64,000 nt of DNA from Eledone cirrhosa (Eukaryota), in assembly GCA_964016885.1 (NCBI GenBank), contig OZ024743.1:113274001-113338000 (forward strand), in the 5' to 3' direction. Of the stretch, positions 26,426 through 39,531 are shown in pieces. The notes beneath the pieces are model-generated. The model did no database searches. It had not been told where the DNA came from and saw only the letters and a list, made by a program, of their open reading frames with translations. Position numbers and translations under genes: made by a program. Each line of letters starts with the position of its first letter. Position 1 is the stretch's first letter.

Positions 26426-29400
26426 TCATTCTCGATAAAAGCACTGGATATGTAGTCCTGATGATTTCTAACGAGAATGAAACGTGTAGATTACTTCCCT
26501 TGCTTTTATCGAGAATCTAATTGTAATACGTGACGTATTCTATTCTATAGCGATTAGGTCTTCAAAATGTTTATTATAAACATACAGAATATTTTCGAAT
26601 ATTCTATGTCTATATTCACATATATATCGCTATTTCAGAGCATTTATTCCAATTTCTAATTTCTGCCGGACCGGCAACCGCTCTTTCAAACCAGTTCCTG
26701 TACACAGCTAAGTATTCTATAAGTCTCTAGCTGTGTCATTCTCGATAAAAGCACTGGATATGTAGTCCTGATGATTTCTAACGAGAATGAAACGCGTAGA
26801 TTACTTCCCTTGCTTTTATCGAGAATCTAATTGTAATACGTGACGTATTCTATTCTATAGCGATTAGGTCTTCAAAATGTTTATTATAAACATACAGAAT
26901 ATTTTCGAATATTCTATGTCTATATTCACATATATATCGCTATTTCAGAGCATTTATTCCAATTTCTAATTTCTGCCGGACCGGCAACCGCTCTTTCAAA
27001 CCAGTTCCTGTACACAGCTAAGTATTCTATAAGTCTCTAGCTGTGTCATTCTCGATAAAAGCACTGGATATGTAGTCCTGATGATTTCTAACGAGAATGA
27101 AACGCGTAGATTACTTCCCTTGCTTTTATCGAGAATCTAATTGTAATACGTGACGTATTCTATTCTATAGCGATTAGGTCTTCAAAATGTTTATTATAAA
27201 CATACAGAATATTTTCGAATATTCTATGTCTATATTCACATATATATCGCTATTTCAGAGCATTTATTCCAATTTCTAATTTCTGCCGGACCGGCAACCG
27301 CTCTTTCAAACCAGTTCCTGTACACAGCTAAGTATTCTATAAGTCTCTAGCTGTGTCATTCTCGATAAAAGCACTGGATATGTAGTCCTGATGATTTCTA
27401 ACGAGAATGAAACGCGTAGATTACTTCCCTTGCTTTTATCGAGAATCTAATTGTAATACGTGACGTATTCTATTCTATAGCGATTAGGTCTTCAAAATGT
27501 TTATTATAAACATACAGAATATTTTCGAATATTCTATGTCTATATTCACATATATATCGCTATTTCAGAGCATTTATTCCAATTTCTAATTTCTGCCGGA
27601 CCGGCAACCGCTCTTTCAAACCAGTTCCTGTACACAGCTAAGTATTCTATAAGTCTCTAGCTGTGTCATTCTCGATAAAAGCACTGGATATGTAGTCCTG
27701 ATGATTTCTAACGAGAATGAAACGCGTAGATTACTTCCCTTGCTTTTATCGAGAATCTAATTGTAATACGTGACGTATTCTATTCTATAGCGATTAGGTC
27801 TTCAAAATGTTTATTATAAACATACAGAATATTTTCGAATATTCCATGTCTATATTCACATATATATCGCTATTTCAGAGCATTTATTCCAATTTCTAAT
27901 TTCTGCCGGACCGGCAACCGCTCTTTCAAACCAGTTCCTGTACACAGCTAAGTATTCTATAAGTCTCTAGCTGTGTCATTCTCGATAAAAGCACTGGATA
28001 TGTAGTCCTGATGATTTCTAACGAGAATGAAACGCGTAGATTACTTCCCTTGCTTTTATCGAGAATCTAATTGTAATACGTGACGTATTCTATTCTATAG
28101 CGATTAGGTCTTCAAAATGTTTATTATAAACATACAGAATATTTTCGAATATTCTATGTCTATATTCACATATATATCGCTATTTCAGAGCATTTATTCC
28201 AATTTCTAATTTCTGCCGGACCGGCAACCGCTCTTTCAAACCAGTTCCTGTACACAGCTAAGTATTCTATAAGTCTCTAGCTGTGTCATTCTCGATAAAA
28301 GCACTGGATATGTAGTCCTGATGATTTCTAACGAGAATGAAACGCGTAGATTACTTCCCTTGCTTTTATCGAGAATCTAATTGTAATACGTGACGTATTC
28401 TATTCTATAGCGATTAGGTCTTCAAAATGTTTATTATAAACATACAGAATATTTTCGAATATTCTATGTCTATATTCACATATATATCGCTATTTCAGAG
28501 CATTTATTCCAATTTCTAATTTCTGCCGGACCGGCAACCGCTCTTTCAAACCAGTTCCTGTACACAGCTAAGTATTCTATAAGTCTCTAGCTGTGTCATT
28601 CTCGATAAAAGCACTGGATATGTAGTCCTGATGATTTCTAACGAGAATGAAACGCGTAGATTACTTCCCTTGCTTTTATCGAGAATCTAATTGTAATACG
28701 TGACGTATTCTATTCTATAGCGATTAGGTCTTCAAAATGTTTATTATAAACATACAGAATATTTTCGAATATTCCATGTCTATATTCACATATATATCGC
28801 TATTTCAGAGCATTTATTCCAATTTCTAATTTCTGCCGGACCGGCAACCGCTCTTTCAAACCAGTTCCTGTACACAGCTAAGTATTCTATAAGTCTCTAG
28901 CTGTGTCATTCTCGATAAAAGCACTGGATATGTAGTCCTGATGATTTCTAACGAGAATGAAACGCGTAGATTACTTCCCTTGCTTTTATCGAGAATCTAA
29001 TTGTAATACGTGACGTATTCTATTCTATAGCGATTAGGTCTTCAAAATGTTTATTATAAACATACAGAATATTTTCGAATATTCTATGTCTATATTCACA
29101 TATATATCGCTATTTCAGAGCATTTATTCCAATTTCTAATTTCTGCCGGACCGGCAACCGCTCTTTCAAACCAGTTCCTGTACACAGCTAAGTATTCTAT
29201 AAGTCTCTAGCTGTGTCATTCTCGATAAAAGCACTGGATATGTAGTCCTGATGATTTCTAACGAGAATGAAACGCGTAGATTACTTCCCTTGCTTTTATC
29301 GAGAATCTAATTGTAATACGTGACGTATTCTATTCTATAGCGATTAGGTCTTCAAAATGTTTATTATAAACATACAGAATATTTTCGAATATTCTATGTC

Positions 29401-30380
29401 TATATTCACATATATATCGCTATTTCAGAGCATTTATTCCAATTTCTAATTTCTGCCGGACCGGCAACCGCTCTTTCAAACCAGTTCCTGTACACAGCTA
29501 AGTATTCTATAAGTCTCTAGCTGTGTCATTCTCGATAAAAGCACTGGATATGTAGTCCTGATGATTTCTAACGAGAATGAAACGCGTAGATTACTTCCCT
29601 TGCTTTTATCGAGAATCTAATTGTAATACGTGACGTATTCTATTCTATAGCGATTAGGTCTTCAAAATGTTTATTATAAACATACAGAATATTTTCGAAT
29701 ATTCTATGTCTATATTCACATATATATCGCTATTTCAGAGCATTTATTCCAATTTCTAATTTCTGCCGGACCGGCAACCGCTCTTTCAAACCAGTTCCTG
29801 TACACAGCTAAGTATTCTATAAGTCTCTAGCTGTGTCATTCTCGATAAAAGCACTGGATATGTAGTCCTGATGATTTCTAACGAGAATGAAACGCGTAGA
29901 TTACTTCCCTTGCTTTTATCGAGAATCTAATTGTAATACGTGACGTATTCTATTCTATAGCGATTAGGTCTTCAAAATGTTTATTATAAACATACAGAAT
30001 ATTTTCGAATATTCTATGTCTATATTCACATATATATCGCTATTTCAGAGCATTTATTCCAATTTCTAATTTCTGCCGGACCGGCAACCGCTCTTTCAAA
30101 CCAGTTCCTGTACACAGCTAAGTATTCTATAAGTCTCTAGCTGTGTCATTCTCGATAAAAGCACTGGATATGTAGTCCTGATGATTTCTAACGAGAATGA
30201 AACGCGTAGATTACTTCCCTTGCTTTTATCGAGAATCTAATTGTAATACGTGACGTATTCTATTCTATAGCGATTAGGTCTTCAAAATGTTTATTATAAA
30301 CATACAGAATATTTTCGAATATTCTATGTCTATATTCACATATATATCGCTATTTCAGAGCATTTATTCCAATTTCTAAT
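26426..30380 (+). mobile_element. 310-bp hammerhead (retrozyme-like) tandem array, right arm, ~12.8 units with 13 HHRs on the plus strand
   Basis: tgtagtcctgatga every 310 bp from 26451 to 30171; reverse complement of the left arm; ends in (TA)n. Confidence 0.92.
26738..26826 (+). ncRNA. Type I hammerhead ribozyme, representative of 18 copies; predicted cleavage after GUA at 26798
   Basis: attctcgataaaagca-ctggatat-gtagtc CTGATGA t-ttct-aacg-agaa-t GAAA cgcg TA gattac-ttccct-tgcttttatcgagaat: 6-bp proximal and 16-bp distal stem I, 4-bp stem II, palindromic stem III ACGCGT. Confidence 0.88.
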
Positions 30381-30481
30381 ATATATATATATATATCGTT
30401 GGGTGTGATTTTATATTATGACAGAATAAGCTCTTAATATGTTGTCATGCAGGTAATTTATATATTTTAATACATGCTATT

Positions 30482-30660
30482 TGTAATACACTAAAGAACT
30501 GCCAGTTTCATAGACATTATTGGCAAAAGGACATATTCTCCATTTACTCATTCAAAGCAGATGATTAGGCCTGACAAGACACATGTACATGTTCTGATTA
30601 TAGAGAATATGTGCTTTAGCCAATGATGTCTATAAAACAAAACATTTTTTGTGTATTACA
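30482..30660. repeat. Degenerate palindrome (old fold-back element)
   Basis: tgtaatacac...atagacattattggc...catattctc / gagaatatg...gccaatgatgtctat...gtgtattaca. Confidence 0.65.
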
Positions 30661-32802
30661 CACACACACGTACCAGCAATAAAAAAGCAAATGCAAATTA
30701 TATATACAGACAATACACTGGCGAGAGCCCTTTAACTAAAGTCATGGTTTGATGCACATCACGATCTTCATGCCCCTACAGCTTTATATAAATGTAGACA
30801 TACACATACATAAACATACATTGTACCTATTGGGTGTTTATCTCTTCTCTTGTGAATTTTTAATATAGGATTCTTGTTCTGAAATGGAATCTATATATAA
30901 ATTTTTGCGATTCTGTCACAACACGTAAAGAGAGAGGAGTAGTTTGAGTACCTCATACTATTCCTCTCTCTTTATGTCTGCTGCCTGCGTGAATGTATGT
31001 GTGTCTAAAAGGAAGGAAGGGGATGGTGAAAAAACTACGCTTTGTGTGAGTGTATGCGTATGTGTGTGTGTGTGCGTGTGTATTTGTGTGAATGTATTTT
31101 TGTGTGTTGGTGTTTGCATGTTTATCTCATGCATATAAATGTATGCATATTCACATACACACATGCACAGACACATACACATACGCATCAGTGTATGGAA
31201 AAAAATTCTAGTCATCCAAAATAACTGACAACTACATATGTGTTTTTCTCCTGAAATTATTTTTACCTGTTTTCTTTCTTTTCTCACTCTCTTCTAACTG
31301 TTTATTTTGTCTCTCTCTCTCTCATTCTATCTTTTGATAAAGGAGTAATGTCAGAAACATTACATTTTTCCTACTATATCAAGCATTAAATTAATATATA
31401 TCATTGTATTGTTATCCCATGTTTTTTTCCTTGTTGATGTATTTCATATGCATATATATATATGTTAGTTTGTTTTGGCAAATGAGCACTCTCTTCAGAA
31501 AAGCATTCTTAATAGCCGAAACAAATTGCATTTTGTAAGAAAAGATGGAATCTTGTATAGTTTGTATTTAGCTTGAGTTCGTTTGAAATGGTTGATTTCC
31601 TAGTCAAATAATTAGGCTCTTTAAGTTATATATACACACACACACATATATACATGCTCATATAAATATATATGGTGTGGGGTAACACATATATTCACAC
31701 ATTTGATCAAACATTTTTGTCGAGCTAGAATTTCAATGAGTATAAAAACTGCTGTGCAGTTAATTATTTCCCTGTTTAAAATATCATCTACCATCCTTTT
31801 TTCTCTGTGTTGCTTCATTAATTATGTTTGTCTGTTATCTTAGTTGATGAGTTTACCACTCTCACTTATATTATATTCTCTATATCTCTATATATGTATT
31901 CTTTATATCTACTCTCACACACCAATTAGATTTCTTACTAATATTAATAAATGAGACTTACAAAAAAAGAAGTAATTTCCTTAATAACTAAAATAAAATA
32001 AAATAAAATGGTAAAAACAACAACATTGTTAGTCATATGATATGTTAATTATATTCCTGTTTTGTGCCAATTTGTTTTGCTAGGTGAAAAGTACTGGGAG
32101 GTTCTGCTATTAATGCTGACCTAAGCTTGGCATCTAATTCTGTCATGAACCTGTTTAATTTACACTAATGTGTATCTTAATCATATTATAAATATTCTAA
32201 GTAGAGGTTGGGGGAAGACAGGAACAATATTAACTGTTTCATTACCTTATTTCTAATAAAAGATACTGCCTATAATTTAAAAATAATTTTGAAAATAGTC
32301 GCAAATTTAGAATAATTTGCTAATATAACTAGCTTTCTCATTATTAAGTTGGCTATTTGCATTCTGAGTTCAAATCACGCCAAGGACAACTTTGGTTGTT
32401 CATTCTTTTGGAGCTTGATAAAGTACTTGGTTCCCCTCCCCCTAAATTGCTGGCCTTGTGCCAAAATTAGAAACAATTATTAATTTGGTGTATAATATAT
32501 AACTTAAATGTTCTTACATAAAAGTATGACGGCTTTTAGATAAATATAATTATTCTGAAATAAACAGTTAGACAAATTATCATTACTCTAAAATAAACAA
32601 GTGTTTCATGTGATTTGGTATCAAAGGGTTAATTTACAGCAATGTTTATCTTAATATATGTAGCTAATATAGATGGAGGAAAAAAAGGCAAGAACAATTA
32701 TGAATTGTAGCTGTCTGTTTAATCATAATGTAGTTTAATAGAGAGATAGATGCAGCTCATTGAATTGTTAGAATGGACTGCTTGCTTTTATTATATGATA
32801 TC

Positions 32803-33165
32803 GGTGGATTGGCAGTATAGGTAGAGAGTCAGACACCATGCTTTGAAGCATAGAGTTACGTCCCTTTATGATCTGATTTCAAATCCCGCCGAGGTTAACT
32901 TTGCCTTTCATCCTTACGGGGTCGATAAAATAAAGTACCAGTAATGTACTGGGTAATTTGCTGGCCTTGTGCCTAAAATAGAAACAATTATATGATATCG
33001 GTGGATTGGCAGTATCGGTAGAGGGTCGGACGCCATGCTTTGCAGCAAAGAGTTATTTCCCTTTACGGACTGAGTTCAAATCCCGCCGAGGTTAACTTTG
33101 CCTTTCATCCTTACGGGGTCGATAAAATGAAGTACCAGTAATACACTGGGATAATTGCTGGCCTT
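32803..33165 (+). mobile_element. Two tandem SINE family A copies
   Basis: attatatgatatcggtggattggcagtat occurs twice (~32790 and ~32987). Confidence 0.88.
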
Positions 33166-35514
33166 GAGGGAAGGCAATGCCCATGATTGTACACCTAAAC
33201 TGGTGTACAATTTTTCTTTCTTTAACCTTGTCTTTCTAATGAAATATACTGTTTGTGTTTAACTCTCTTTTTAAAATAATCATCAAAGATTTGAACAGAT
33301 TTAGTTTTTTAAAATATCTGCTATTTTTATGATTAAACTGTTGTTCAAAGCATAATTAAACTAAAGATTCTTATGTAAAGTTATGACAGAAGGTTTTATT
33401 TTGATATGCTGGTGCTATAATAAAAAAAATCTGCCCAGTCTACCCTGCTAAGTGATTGTGCTGGTGTCAGGAAAAACACCTCCAGTCCACTCTAAAAAGT
33501 GGCTGTGCTAGAACCAGCAAAAAGTGAATCTAGTGCACCCTGTAAGGTGGCCAGTGCTAGAAGATGCTATAGAAACCATGTCAAGTATGAAACTTATGAG
33601 CAAGATCTGATCCCCGACCAGTCGCACCTCAGAACAAGACAACCTGTCCAATCATTGCCAATATGGAAAAGAAATGTAAAGATGATGATGGAACCTTTAA
33701 AACAGGAGGTTTTGTTTCATAGAATGAGAAAGGGTCTTAGATGAGGTTGTATCAAAAGGGGTGCATTAATATGATGTTTCCTTTCTTGTGGTTGGAACAC
33801 ACTATGTTGTATTATTTAACAAATTAGAATAGATTCATTGGGGGAGAAAGAGAGAGACTCTGAATTTGGTGAGTATAGGAGGGATATTTCTGGGGGTGAA
33901 GAGACATTCTTAGTCCCACCCTACTGCATATCTCTGCTCTTTTTGTTGGTTTGGACTGACCTAGAGGTGTTTTTACACTTGGTGTGTAAATGTGTATATT
34001 GATAGGGCCCGTGGCATTATAAAAATATGATTTAGTAAAGTTTTAGCTAGTGCGCATGAATGACAAATTGTGGATGAGCTGAGAGAAAAACTGGGAATAT
34101 GAGGAATCAGATATAGTGTGCTGAAGAGAAGAATATGGGTATATTCATATGATGTTTATGGATGATGATTGTTGGGTGAAGAAGGGCCAAGAAATCCCAG
34201 TGGAAAGAAGCTGCATTAGGAGACCAAGGAGGATTTGAGCAAAGGTTATGACTCAAGTTAAACTTTAGTATGTTCCAAGATCATCAGGCTAGTGTCTACC
34301 CTGGTTTTATTGGTGCTAAGCAACTGAGAGTATAAGACTTCCTCTTGGATATGATGCCAGTCCATCACAGCACAGAGTTAACTTCCAGCATCGACCGGTA
34401 CTCATTTTCAGATGAGTGTACTGGAACAATGTGAAATGAAGTGTTTTGCTGAAGAGCACAATGTGTAAACCGGTCAAGGAATCAAATTCATGACATTATG
34501 GTCGTAAATCCAACACCCTAACCACTAGGCTAGCTGATTCTAAGCCACTGAAGCTCACAGAAGAGATGAATAAGGACAATGAGGGATGATGCGCTAGAAA
34601 AGGCCTATCCAACCCATGCAAGCATGGAAAAGCAGATATAAAATGTTGATGATAATGATTGGGTGTGTGTGAAATGTAGAGTTGGATGAAATGAAATGTC
34701 AAGTGGATCTTGGTAAGAATAGTACTTTGTGACATTATAGAAGGGGACTAAACTCTGTTAGGAATTTAATCCAGTATGCTGCTATTTCTACCGTGTCACC
34801 AATTTATGGAAGCCTTTCAAAGGAGACGCTACCATAAAAAAAAAAGATGAAGGCTACATTGGACCCTGGAGTCCTAGGTATATTATGCCTGGTACTTATC
34901 AACCTTGAAAAAATGAAAGCTAATGTTGACATCGATGGGTTTTGAATTCAGAATACAAAGAGCTGGTACAAATACCACAAATAATTCTAGCCAATATTCT
35001 AATGATTTTGCCAATTTGCCACCTTACAAGGCTTATATTGACCTCAAAAGTATGAAATGCTTTTGAACTTTGAGCACAGAGAACTGAAACAAATATCACA
35101 AAGCATTCTAACTGACGGTTTAACGATTCTGCTGATTTCCCCACCTAAACAATAATTGTTTCAATTATATAACAACTATTGCAACATATTCAGAACAATC
35201 TCAACTTAGCTGAATAATAAGAGATGTGGAAATTGATATTTACTGATTAACAAGTTCACTGCTTATGATTTGTCTGATTAAAATTGTACGTAGATTAATT
35301 AATTTAATTAGTAACCAATCAATTAAGTACTAAGAGCAAATTTGATTTTGGTATCTCATATGGCATTGAATTTGGATTCTGCCTTGGAATAACAATATCT
35401 AGCAGAAATGTGTTGAACCTCCAGCAGTTCCAGTAACAAGTGTTCCAGTTGTTCGAACAATGGAACAGCTTAGGTGCAAGGGGCTGAATATTCTATAGAC
35501 ACATGCACCCTTAA

Positions 35515-35731
35515 CCCTTTAGCATTTAAACTGGCTATATCCAGCCAGAATTCTCTCACCTCTTCCTGTTCAAACCAGCCATAACTAGCCATTCATATCA
35601 ACATTAAGGTATTGTTCTCAAAATAAATATCAAGATCTCATAGATTCGATATTATGTGAGATAATTGTGTGTATAAAGCCTTTACCGTGAAAATACAATA
35701 GTATATATAGAGTAATGTAAATGTTAAAGGG
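35515..35731 (+). mobile_element. piggyBac-type MITE inserted at a TTAA inside a SINE
   Basis: TTAA TSD at 35511-35514 and 35732-35735; the rejoined flanks resemble the uninterrupted cacttaacgtagttctcagg at ~50113. Confidence 0.85.
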
Positions 35732-35804
35732 TTAATGTACTTCTCAGGGAGATTCAGAATGTCACAGTGTGTGACAAGGCTGAACACTTGAATTATACAT
35801 ACAA

Positions 35805-37480
35805 TGAATAGAGTTATAGCACAGTTGATTAGGGACCGGGTAAAACTAGATGAGATGCAGTTTGGCTTTGTGCCAGGAAAAAGCACCACTGATGCTCTCT
35901 TCCTTGTGAGGTAGTTACAGGAAAAGTTCCTAGCTAAAAGTAAGCCACTCTACCTTGCATTTGTTGATCTTGAAAAAACCTTCGACAGAGTGCCCCGTGC
36001 TATAATCTGGTGGGCTCTTAGAAAACTAGGAGTAAATGAATGGCTTGTGAAAGCCGTACAAGCCATGTATAGAGGAGCAGTCAGCAAAGTTAGGGTTAAC
36101 AATGACTATAGCGAGGAATTTAGCATACAGGTCAGTGTCCACCAGGGCTCTGTTCTTAGCCCTCTCCTGTTCATTATAGTTTTGCAGGCAATAACGGAGG
36201 AGTTTAAGACCGGATGCCCATGGGAACTCCTATATGCGGATGATCTCACTCTTATAGCTGAATCTATGGTGGAACTGGAGAAGAAATTCCAAACACGGAA
36301 GCAGGGACTAGAAAGAAAGGGTGTCAAAGTCAACCTGACAAAGACTAAGGTCCTCATAAGTAGACGAGAAAACAGAACCCAGATCCCCTCAGAGAAATGA
36401 CTTTGCTCACTATGTAGGAATGGTGTAGGTAGGAATTCCATCCTCTGCCCCAAATGCAAACAATGGGTACACAAAAGATGTAGTGGGATCTTCAGAAGCT
36501 TAGTTGGGAATGTAGGCTTTACATGTAGCAGCTGCACTGGGACAGCAAGCAGGAAACAAGCACTACCAAACTCTGGGAGGGCTCTGTAGAAACAATAGAC
36601 AGCTTCTGCTACCTTGGTGACCAAATTAGCAGCGGAGGTGGGTGTTCGGAAAGTACAGTACCCAGGGTAAGAACGGGATGGAAGAAGTTCAGGGAGCTAC
36701 TACCACTGCTAGCTGCAAAAGGCCTTTCCTTCAAAATGAAAGGCAGACTGTATGATGCGTGCATATGAACAGCCATGTTACATGGTAGTGAGACCTGGGC
36801 GCTGTCTGTAGAAGACTTGCATAGATTAGAAAGAAACGAAGCTTGCATGCTCCGATGGATGTGTAATAGTAACATACGTGAATGGCAAAGCATAAGCAAG
36901 CTGAGAGAGAGACTAAGCATAAGCGGAATCAAATGCTGTGTGCAGGAGAGGAGGATGCGTTGGTATGGACATGTGATATGTATGAAGGATGACAGCTGCA
37001 TAAAAAGGTGCAGAACACTAAAAGTTGTTAGAAGTTGTGGAGTGGGGAGACTCAAGAAGACCTGGGATGAGGTGATAAAAGTGGACCTTGCCCAATTGCA
37101 CCTCTCAATCAATGGCAATGACACAGGACCGTGACCTCTGGCGTCACGCAGTAATACAGAAGACCCGACTTCCCACAGGAACAAGCCGAAGCTGAAGCAT
37201 ATAGACAATATGCCCACCCCCTCCCACTGCAAAGTGGTCATGGAGGTGTCCAAACAAAAAAGCACCCAGCCCACACTGTAAAGTGGTCGTGTAGGCGCCA
37301 CAAAAAAAAGCACCCAGTACTCACTGTAAATGAGGTTGGTGTTAGGAAGGGCATCCAGCTGTAGAAATCAAGCCAAAATCAGTTCCCGTATGAACAAGAC
37401 AAGGTCACCCGACCTAACATTGCCCACAACAATGTCTAACCCATTCTAGCGTGGAAGAATGGATGTAAAATGGTGATGAA
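35805..37480 (+). pseudogene. RTE-clade LINE, 5'-truncated: disrupted RT, Cys/His finger, C-terminus and 3' UTR
   Basis: QFGFVPGKSTTDA, FVDLEKTFDRVPR, VHQGSVLSPLLF, LLYADDL, CSLC...CPKCKQWVHKRCSG, HGSETW, RWYGHV; in-frame stops and frameshifts. Confidence 0.93.
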
Positions 37481-37559
37481 ATTAATTGTTACTAGCTGCA
37501 TAAGTTCCAAAGTGTTTCAATGACACAGGATTCCATCAGTTTGGCAATACAGCTAATAA

Positions 37560-39120
37560 GATTGACTGGACGATAGTTGACAGGTGACGTGTGGTCACCC
37601 TTTTTGAACAGGGGAATGACACTGGCAGTTTTCCACTGCTCCGGAGTAGCACCATTGTTGAGACAGTATTGAAAGAAGAAAGAAAGCTAGTGCAAAGGGA
37701 AGTACCCACCACGTTTGAGAAGCAGGTATGTAACACCATCAAGACCAGGAGAGGCTCTCACAGCCTCATCCGGCCCTCGCAATTTGGATTTATCCCTAAC
37801 TCCAGCTGCTGTGATCAGCTTATCGAGTTCCTTGAAGACATTACCCGGATCACTGACAGTGGCTCATGGGTGGATGTTGTTTACCTTGACTTCACTAAGG
37901 CTTTTAATTCTGTGCCACAGACTTATGGCAAAACTCTCTGCAATGCGTGTGAAGGATGATCTTTTTAACTGGTTGAAATCCTTCATTCTCAGCCGAAAAG
38001 AGGTAGTCACGGTTCTAGGACAGCATTCTTCACCATATGAGATGTCATCTGGTGTACCACAGGGATCTGTTCTTGGTCTCCTTTTGTTTGTTGCATACAT
38101 TAATGACATAGATGCCAACTTAAAGAATGCCACAGTACTGAAATATGCAGATGACATCAAGCTGTACCTTGAAATCAAAAGGATAGATCCTGAAATCTAT
38201 AACTCTTTCCTACAATCAGACCTGGACACAATGCAGCAATGGATCACAGACTGGCAACTGAAGCTGGCTGTGGACAAGTGTACCACCATGCATTTTGGGA
38301 GGAAAAATCCAGTGTCCACATACTCCCTCCACAACACTGATATCAAGAAGTCCTCTTGTGAACGTGATCTGGGCATTACTGTCAGCAGCGATTTGCGTTG
38401 GACAAAGCACATCTCTAAAATTGTCAAGAAGGCCGAGGGTGTCTTGGCATCACTCAGCAAGACCTTTGTTAGCCACTCTCCAGCCATCTATTTAAAGCTG
38501 TATACAGCTATGGTACGACCACACTTGGAATTCACATCATCAGTCTGGAACCCCTATCTTGCTCAGAACATTGACCTCATGGAAACTGTTCAGAGACGTG
38601 CAACCAAGCGCATACCCTCCATCAGACACCTACCATACTCTGAACGCCTTGCTTCCCTGGGCATGGATTCATTGAAGCTCCGACGTCTGGCAATGGACTT
38701 GGTAAACACTCACAAAGTTATTAACCATCTCACCAACAACAACTCTGAGCACCTTTTTGATTTCCATGTGTCTAACACACGTGGACATGCCTACAAAGTC
38801 AGAAAACAGCACAGCTCCCATGACTTTCAGAAACATTTTTTCACGCTTAGAGTTGCCGAAGCATGGAACAAACTGCCTGCGTCAGTTGTAAGCTGCCGAG
38901 ACACAGCATCCTTTAAAACCCTCATGCTTCCCGAAATTCGCCTAAACTACACCTGATGTCCCTCTTCCATACACATGCACACATGTGTATATCATGACTC
39001 ATGCTCTGTTCATTTTCCTGACGTTTGTACATTACCCTATGTACTATACATACACTTTTGATGAGTTGTAGTGCACTTGAGCACTGTACACAATATTTTC
39101 ATTATTATCATTATTATTAT
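37560..39120 (+). pseudogene. CR1-clade LINE, 5'-truncated RT with a frameshift near 37920, 3' UTR and (att)n tail
   Basis: QFGF, VDVVYLDFTKAFNSVP, SGVPQGSVLG, YADDIKLY, ERDLGI, VRPHLE, WNPY, VQRRATK, TRGH, FFTLRV..WNKLP; stop at 38956. Confidence 0.92.
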
Positions 39121-39467
39121 AAAGTGAGGTAATGTCATATTAAATGTTTTGCACAAGGATACAATGTGCTGCTGGGAATCAAACTGACAACCATAGGACC
39201 ATGAGCCAAACACCCTAACCACTAAGCCATGCACCTTCACCTAGCAGAGAGGGAAAAACACACACAAAACCAGCTGAGATTGATTTGCTTTTTATAAAGA
39301 ATCTAATATTCTCTAACCAATTTATTGCTATGAAAACTTAGATAATATTTAGCCTTTTGAACCTGGGTTCAGACTAAATACATTTATTTTTTTCAATGTT
39401 TGCACTTTTGCATAATTTAGACACATACCTGTGTCTGAGATATATATATATTGACACATAACTGTGA

Positions 39468-39529
<62 letters not shown>

Positions 39530-39531
<2 letters not shown>

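Noticed and set aside
24915-30380. Ordinary satellite, 5S or tRNA array
   Set aside because: No 5S/tRNA or pol III box pattern seen; the ribozyme core and inverted layout explain it better
30482-30660. Hammerhead in the palindrome next to the array
   Set aside because: CTGATTA is present but no complete core or stems could be assembled
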